From the IMG/VR virus record IMGVR_UViG_3300021093_000006: a DNA stretch of 64,000 nt; one strand, 5' to 3'. Both the position numbers and the translations under genes were made by a program. Positions 58,936 through 64,000 of the stretch are shown here, in pieces. This DNA is from a virus. How positions within the stretch are numbered: position 1 is the stretch's first letter; each line of letters starts with the position of its first letter. The notes beneath the pieces were generated by a model. It had not been told where the DNA came from and searched no databases. It saw nothing but the letters and a program-made list of their open reading frames with translations.

Positions 58936-60716
58936 TATCTAAACATACCTCTTCTTCTGAATGAAGGTTTAATTTTTTCATTATCTAATGCCTTAGGTCT
59001 AGGATCAACTTGTGGTCTTTTAATTTTTTTCCATTTGTTATCCTCATCAGGTTTAGTTATTGGCTTATCGATTCCTGGTTGTTTAACTGGTGCATTACTT
59101 CTTAAAAAATCTACATCTAATTCAATAAAGTCATCGTTACCTCTTTGATTACCGTATCTATTAGAATTATCTGAAAAGTCTAACCTACCATCTGAATTGT
59201 TATCCATATCTAACCTATTAGGGATACCATCAAAATCTCTATCTAAATCTCCTGTTGGTAAATAACCTTGCCCTGTTTGAACTGCGTCCATCATAGTCAT
59301 ATCATCTTCACCCATTAAACCTCTTCTTCTATCTCTTCTACCTTCAGATCTTTTACCTCTTCTAAGTTGTTCAAAATCTTTTGAGGTTAATTTACCGTAT
59401 GGTTTAGCAACGTCTAATTTTTTTTGGTTACCTTTTAGTTTTTCGTACATCATCTGACTTTCATTAAGCCCACATTCCATACACATACCTTCTCTCATTA
59501 GTCCACCACATTCATTACATATTGATCTATTTTCACTTAAAACCTTTTTAAGAGATTTTTTTGTTTGGTTTCTTAAAAAAGATTCCATAATTTTTTTCTT
59601 AGAAAATGTCCTACTTTCATTAGTATCTTTTTTAGAACCTTTTTCTTTGTAGATTAATTTGTGTCCTGAACAAGTACATTCCCCATCTTTCAATAACATA
59701 GCTATCATATCTGGAGTAATTTCTAAAGGTTTTTTTGTTTTTTCATCAGATTCAGAAATTTCTTCACCAGTATTATCACCTGTTGGTTTTTCCTCTTCTG
59801 TGTCAAATTCTACATCTTCATCACCTGATTCAGTATCCGTATCCGTATCCGTATCTGTTTCAGTATCTAAATCTTCAGATTCTTCTCCCTCTTCTTCTCC
59901 TTCTATTTTAGATATTATATCCTCTTTATCACTTTCATCCATTTCATCTAAATGTAGTGCAGATATAATAGAATTTATTACGTATTTTTCTAATTCAGGA
60001 TCTACTTCTTCTTTATCTCTTAATAATTGCCCTATTTTACCAGTTAATTTCTGTATTTTTTTAGTGGATTCATCTTTCCCTTCACTATCTAAATCATCAC
60101 CTTCTTCCGTATTTTCTTCAGTGTCCTCATCACCAAAATCTACATCTGCAATATCTCCACCCATATCTACTTCTGGATCATCAGAAACCTCATCTTCGAC
60201 AGGTATCTCGTTATCGGAGTCGCTTTTTGGTGCATCAACCTTTAACACTTTTTTCTCTTCATCAGAAATTATTTCTTCTTTTGATTTTGTCTCATCTTCA
60301 TCTTCTAATACAAAACCAAATCCTGCACCACCAGCAATTGCCCTACCATCCGATTCAAATATGTTAGTGTTTTTTCTGATACCATATGATTCATTTAACA
60401 TATCGAATTTAATATTTAAATGTTTTAACGCCTCTGCATAAGAATGGTATCTTTCATCTAATTTATTTTGAAGACCTCCAATGTAATTAAAATTTTCGGC
60501 TAAAAATTTTCCCGATCTTTTATTAGATGTTTTAATAAAATAGTCATGGTTTTCTCTAACTATACCATAAACTATCCCATTAGGACCTCTTTTAATTAAT
60601 TCTAATTCTGAAAATGATTTACTCTCATTTAGAGTATTCATTTTACCCATAAGATCTAACATTCTATTTAATTTGTCTTGACCTTTTAATGTTTTAGGAT
60701 TTACATATTTTTTCAT
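58935..60716 (-). CDS. Large acidic protein, prohead-core-like, with Zn-ribbon and Asp-rich Ca-binding-like motifs
   Basis: Long D/E tracts, many L/I-x-E sites, CNECGG...CMECG, DLDRDFDGIPNRLDMDNNSDGRLD. Confidence 0.6.
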   Translation of the reverse strand: MKKYVNPKTLKGQDKLNRMLDLMGKMNTLNESKSFSELELIKRGPNGIVYGIVRENHDYFIKTSNKRSGKFLAENFNYIGGLQNKLDERYHSYAEALKHLNIKFDMLNESYGIRKNTNIFESDGRAIAGGAGFGFVLEDEDETKSKEEIISDEEKKVLKVDAPKSDSDNEIPVEDEVSDDPEVDMGGDIADVDFGDEDTEENTEEGDDLDSEGKDESTKKIQKLTGKIGQLLRDKEEVDPELEKYVINSIISALHLDEMDESDKEDIISKIEGEEEGEESEDLDTETDTDTDTDTESGDEDVEFDTEEEKPTGDNTGEEISESDEKTKKPLEITPDMIAMLLKDGECTCSGHKLIYKEKGSKKDTNESRTFSKKKIMESFLRNQTKKSLKKVLSENRSICNECGGLMREGMCMECGLNESQMMYEKLKGNQKKLDVAKPYGKLTSKDFEQLRRGKRSEGRRDRRRGLMGEDDMTMMDAVQTGQGYLPTGDLDRDFDGIPNRLDMDNNSDGRLDFSDNSNRYGNQRGNDDFIELDVDFLRSNAPVKQPGIDKPITKPDEDNKWKKIKRPQVDPRPKALDNEKIKPSFRRRGMFR

Positions 60717-60733
60717 ATATTTTATTTTATTTT

Positions 60734-61054
60734 TTATCCGTTAGTTGGTAACCCTGTTACTATATTTACAAATTGATATTGCTCTGTTCCGCCCGTTGCA
60801 GTTATTAAACCTGTAGGTAAGACTCCTAATGGTTTAGGGTTACCTAAAAGAAGAAATCCAGCAGATAGAGTAGTAGTGACATCATCAATAATATTATCTA
60901 ATGTTTTACCCGCAACACCTGTTACTGATGCACCATTTATAGTATAAGTCCCTCCACTATTAAAATAAACAGCACTATATACATAATTATCGAAATCTGC
61001 CGTAATGTTTGTATGAATTACAGAATACGTACCAGTTAAATAAGTTGTTCCCAT
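60734..61054 (-). CDS. Small Thr/Gly-rich beta protein, probably virion decoration
   Basis: 106 aa Thr/Gly/Val-rich; ATATTTAT motif upstream. Confidence 0.5.
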   Translation of the reverse strand: MGTTYLTGTYSVIHTNITADFDNYVYSAVYFNSGGTYTINGASVTGVAGKTLDNIIDDVTTTLSAGFLLLGNPKPLGVLPTGLITATGGTEQYQFVNIVTGLPTNG

Positions 61055-61095
61055 ATTATTATTTATAAATAAATATTACGTTTTTAGTAAAAAAA

Positions 61096-61893
61096 TTATA
61101 ATTTAAATTTATTATTCAACAAAGACTCATCTAAAGTTAAAGACTTATCATATGCCTTAGTTTCTATCTCACTTAATTTATCTAAGTACATTGTTCTACG
61201 TAAAACTTTAAATGCGATATTTTCAAAAGAATACTCACCTTCTCTATCTAAACCTGTCTGTCTCATTTTTTTAATTTTATCTTTCAGATTTTTTACCATT
61301 CTAATAGTTTTATCATATTCTCCTGATTTATACATAAAATAAATTTCTTCTATTGTGTCTACTATTGAATTTACTTTTTGTTCTACTTTTTTGGAATCGA
61401 TTTCTTTTTTAGTTGCATCTGGTTTTACTACCCAACCATCCCATAATACAGAATAAACTCCACTAGAAACATGTGGTTCTTTGGTTTCTTGAACATATAA
61501 TTCTACATCATAACCTTTAATGGTGATATCATGATTTTCATTCCATAAATTTTTCTTAGATGTAAAGTATTCTTTAACTAATTCTATGTTATCATCCACA
61601 TCCTCAAAATCTAATAGAATGTGTAAATCTACATCTGAAAATTTAGACCAATTATAATTTGATAAACTACCAGTTAAAATTATATCTTGTATGTCTACCC
61701 ATTCTACTTTTAAGGTTTCAAAAAAGTCATCGGCAATCATAAGTAATCTTCTACGTATTTCTTCATACATATGTTGATCACCATCAAAAATTTTAGGGTT
61801 TAAAGTGCTCCTAATTTCAAAAGAAGATAAGTCAATTTTTTCTTTTTGAATTAAGTCATTGACTTCTTGTTCGGTAATTTTTTTAATATCCAT
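61096..61893 (-). CDS. Pol-beta-superfamily nucleotidyltransferase
   Basis: IILTGSLSNYNWSKFSDVDLHI (GS...DxD) and a third acid in DVELYV. Confidence 0.85.
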   Translation of the reverse strand: MDIKKITEQEVNDLIQKEKIDLSSFEIRSTLNPKIFDGDQHMYEEIRRRLLMIADDFFETLKVEWVDIQDIILTGSLSNYNWSKFSDVDLHILLDFEDVDDNIELVKEYFTSKKNLWNENHDITIKGYDVELYVQETKEPHVSSGVYSVLWDGWVVKPDATKKEIDSKKVEQKVNSIVDTIEEIYFMYKSGEYDKTIRMVKNLKDKIKKMRQTGLDREGEYSFENIAFKVLRRTMYLDKLSEIETKAYDKSLTLDESLLNNKFKL

Positions 61894-61942
61894 AAGATTT
61901 TTTAAATAAATATATTCTTTAAGGATAAATATCTAAAAAATA

Positions 61943-62379
61943 AGAAACGGGCGTGTTCTTATTTTATCCGTTAATTATTTGTTTTGTTTTACTCCTATTT
62001 GAATTGTGTTCAAAATAGACATCAATCAATTTATCTATACGTGAATCAGTATAACTTTTTGATTCATTAAATTGATTTAAAATGGTGTGAACTAATTCAT
62101 CATTTTTAGAATTTATGATACTATTTAATTCTCTAAAATTTTCGTAACTATGACGATCACAGTCATCGAATTTTTTACCTAAATATTGTTCTACATTATT
62201 TATTAAAATATGTAGATTATTTTGTTCTGTTGTAATTTTTTTAACCCTAAATGTTAACCATATAGTAACTGCACTTAATAGCACAACTAATACTGATGCC
62301 ACACCTAAAGCGAATGAAATTGTTTCCATAATTTTAAGTTTTTATTATTTATTTTGTTATTAATGAAACGCCCGTTTCT
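61943..62379. repeat. 12-bp inverted repeats flanking a single gene
   Basis: AGAAACGGGCGT at 61943-61954 and its exact reverse complement ACGCCCGTTTCT at 62368-62379. Confidence 0.8.
61964..62329 (-). CDS. Membrane-anchored hypothetical protein
   Basis: N-terminal hydrophobic helix (FALGVASVLVVLLSAVTIWL) followed by coiled coil. Confidence 0.7.
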   Translation of the reverse strand: METISFALGVASVLVVLLSAVTIWLTFRVKKITTEQNNLHILINNVEQYLGKKFDDCDRHSYENFRELNSIINSKNDELVHTILNQFNESKSYTDSRIDKLIDVYFEHNSNRSKTKQIING

Positions 62380-62569
62380 ATATTTTGTTTATCGCAATAA
62401 TTTCATATCTCCACCCACTGTCTGTGTTAGTGTTTAAAATTTCACATAATTTTGTTGCCTCTTCTATACGATGAGTTTCAAATACCTCACCTTGACTATT
62501 TAACAAAATAACATGAAAATTTTTTCCATTCATGTTCATAATTTTTTTAATCTGATAACTTGTTTCCAT
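62378..62569 (-). CDS. Small hypothetical protein
   Basis: 63 aa, tight operon spacing. Confidence 0.65.
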   Translation of the reverse strand: METSYQIKKIMNMNGKNFHVILLNSQGEVFETHRIEEATKLCEILNTNTDSGWRYEIIAINKI

Positions 62570-62572
62570 ATT

Positions 62573-62842
62573 TTATTTATTATTTTCTTTTTTATAATCC
62601 CCCCAACTAACCCAAAATCCAATACCTACAATTATATTCATACCGAATGATGCCAATATCTCATATATGTCTTCATATACATTCATTGTTAAATGGACAT
62701 GACCAACCATCCAAAATGGTATAGATAAATTTTGACTAACCCACAATAATGTATATTTTAAAAAACCCATATTATTAGTGCAACGATTAGAAAAATGGCG
62801 AGTATTTTTTTGTAATTTTTCATTTTCTATAATTTTTTTCAT
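62573..62842 (-). CDS. Small membrane protein
   Basis: Two hydrophobic segments; the start may be the internal MGFLKY. Confidence 0.6.
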   Translation of the reverse strand: MKKIIENEKLQKNTRHFSNRCTNNMGFLKYTLLWVSQNLSIPFWMVGHVHLTMNVYEDIYEILASFGMNIIVGIGFWVSWGDYKKENNK

Positions 62843-63168
62843 TCTACAATTTTTTCAACATAGGTACAAGTTTCTCCTGAATCAAAACCTTTTTCAATCA
62901 ATAAAGGTAAACTTGCAGGTTTGCACCATGCATACACCAAGTAACCTTTAAACTTCTGTTGAACGTAGCCCCATCGAGTATCCCATAACATTCTAAAAAT
63001 ACCTCTTCTACGGTGATCCTCATGCACCCAAGCATCTAAAAATTTTATTCGATGAGTTTCTTCTCGCTCCATGTAGATATGTCCAACAATCTCACCGTTA
63101 ATCATTGCGATCCACGTCTCTAGTCGTTGTGCATTACTCTTGAGGTGTACTATTTTTATATCTTCCAT
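62839..63168 (-). CDS. GNAT-family acetyltransferase
   Basis: EIVGHI, WVHEDHRRRGIFRML (acetyl-CoA motif A), LLIEKGF. Confidence 0.8.
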   Translation of the reverse strand: MEDIKIVHLKSNAQRLETWIAMINGEIVGHIYMEREETHRIKFLDAWVHEDHRRRGIFRMLWDTRWGYVQQKFKGYLVYAWCKPASLPLLIEKGFDSGETCTYVEKIVE

Positions 63169-63428
63169 TTTAAACTTTTAACCATTTATTATCTTAATTG
63201 TACTTAAAACTTGCGTAAGTTTGGGTTATCAGCAACGTTGTCTGGTTTTTTCATTAATGTTGTTTATATATCCCATATGGATTTGTCTTGTTTTTTTGGT
63301 TTTTTAAAAATCCACCATAGCAGTAGTTTTTGTATAAATCGTTTCATATTAATAAAAGCCTCAACCGCTATGAATCATTGTTTTAATTTGTTCTTGTTCT
63401 AACCAAGTAAGGTATTTAAATAATCTTT

Positions 63429-64000
63429 TCATAATTTATTTTTCTTTATTTCTATTTTTTCAATGATTAGATCTCCTGTGTGTCTTCCATTATGTTTATA
63501 GATTTGAATCTTATTAATCTTTGAATAAGGAATTTCATATTCAAATATAAATGTCGATCGACCTTTACTAGTTAACTGAGTACAACAACCTTTAGCACAA
63601 CTTTTTCCTGACATCTTATGGTCCGTTCCAAAGAAGTTCATAAAGCCTGCAAACTCCGCGTCTGCTGGACTAAATTCTTTTTTATTGTTCACGTACACCT
63701 CATAGGTTCCATGAGGTAATTTTGTGTAAGAAACGGTTAGTACAAGCTTTACCTTTGCTTGGTGATTACCTGTCAAGTGAATCTGAGTTACCACATCGGT
63801 TATTTGATTGTTTACTCTAGTCGGTATAGATGTTGAGGCAATGACTGTTTCAGGAAAAGATTTCATAACTTGAGGAGTCGGTTTTGATTTAACCTTAGTG
63901 TCGTCAAAATCATAGTCCATTGAATAAATGATTTCCATCACCTGTTCTGGAGTATAGGTGATCTTTTTTCCGTTTTCGTCAAAAAAGGTGTACGGCCATT
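63429..64000 (-). CDS. 3' end of a probable tyrosinase/polyphenol oxidase-family protein (truncated by the window edge)
   Basis: The frame stays open past 63941 to the edge: WPYTFFDENGKKITYTPEQVMEIIYSMDYDFDD resembles the F.DEN...Y.Y motif that follows the PPO catalytic domain, and the YEVYVN...EFAGFM tail resembles the PPO C-terminal domain. Catalytic His residues are not in the window. Confidence 0.5.
   Translation of the reverse strand, partial: WPYTFFDENGKKITYTPEQVMEIIYSMDYDFDDTKVKSKPTPQVMKSFPETVIASTSIPTRVNNQITDVVTQIHLTGNHQAKVKLVLTVSYTKLPHGTYEVYVNNKKEFSPADAEFAGFMNFFGTDHKMSGKSCAKGCCTQLTSKGRSTFIFEYEIPYSKINKIQIYKHNGRHTGDLIIEKIEIKKNKL

Noticed and set aside
59833-59862. GTATCC hexamer run
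   Set aside because: Encodes a low-complexity DTDTDT linker; no sign of a regulatory or phase-variable role since the unit keeps the frame.
44769-63402. Track ORFs 44769, 46208, 47052, 47147, 48225, 49414, 50439, 54882, 55385, 57179, 58607, 59659, 63211
   Set aside because: Antisense shadows of minus-strand genes. The poly-Ser and Leu/His runs mirror the acidic codon repeats of the real proteins.
63180-63432. Very short minus-strand ORFs (for example MKRLFKYLTWLEQEQIKTMIHSG, 63361-63432)
   Set aside because: Plausible micro-genes of under 30 aa but unsupported without homology or ribosome profiling data.
1-64000. Alternative genetic code (TAG or TGA reassignment) as in some large phages
   Set aside because: All core genes are full length in the standard code, and TAG and TGA serve as normal terminal stops (for example 20540-20542 and 48122-48124). 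The single in-frame TAG at 23339 is not enough evidence.
1-64000. tRNA, rRNA, CRISPR array, reverse transcriptase/DGR, integrase
   Set aside because: Intergenic gaps are short and explained by small ORFs, promoters or terminators. I saw no cloverleaf, repeat-spacer array or RT/integrase motif; a tRNAscan run would confirm.

Overview
This 64 kb window is AT-rich, densely coding and read in the standard genetic code. It belongs to a large T4-like (myovirus, probably jumbo) bacteriophage. Host-type promoters (TTTG-N20-TATATTTG) and AT-rich, Shine-Dalgarno-poor start regions point to a Bacteroidota host. The head module comprises terminase large subunit, portal, prohead protease, scaffold and major capsid protein. 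Also present are neck and tail-completion genes, tail fibre/spike and baseplate genes, a gp55-like late sigma factor, a family B DNA polymerase and an SNF2 helicase (each with a LAGLIDADG intein), and a free-standing GIY-YIG homing endonuclease. The most unusual part is a ~16 kb glycan-modification cluster (20.9-37 kb). It has eight glycosyltransferase-like genes, WbpB/WbpD-like, LpxD-like, deacetylase-like and methyltransferase genes, a SET-domain gene and two apparently degenerate nucleotide hydrolases. Several outer virion proteins are strongly enriched in an [S/T]-G-x-T motif and in Cys. My best candidate for an undescribed system is a phage-encoded virion O-glycosylation pathway acting on that motif; this link is inference. 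Other candidates are a family of proteins with a shared N-terminal leader that may be packaged into the head (including a WYL protein, an OmpA-like protein and a nucleotidyltransferase), a probable late promoter motif that is the reverse complement of the T4 one, and the 3' end of a probable tyrosinase at the right edge. I saw no tRNA, rRNA or CRISPR array. All family assignments come from motif recognition, not database searches.
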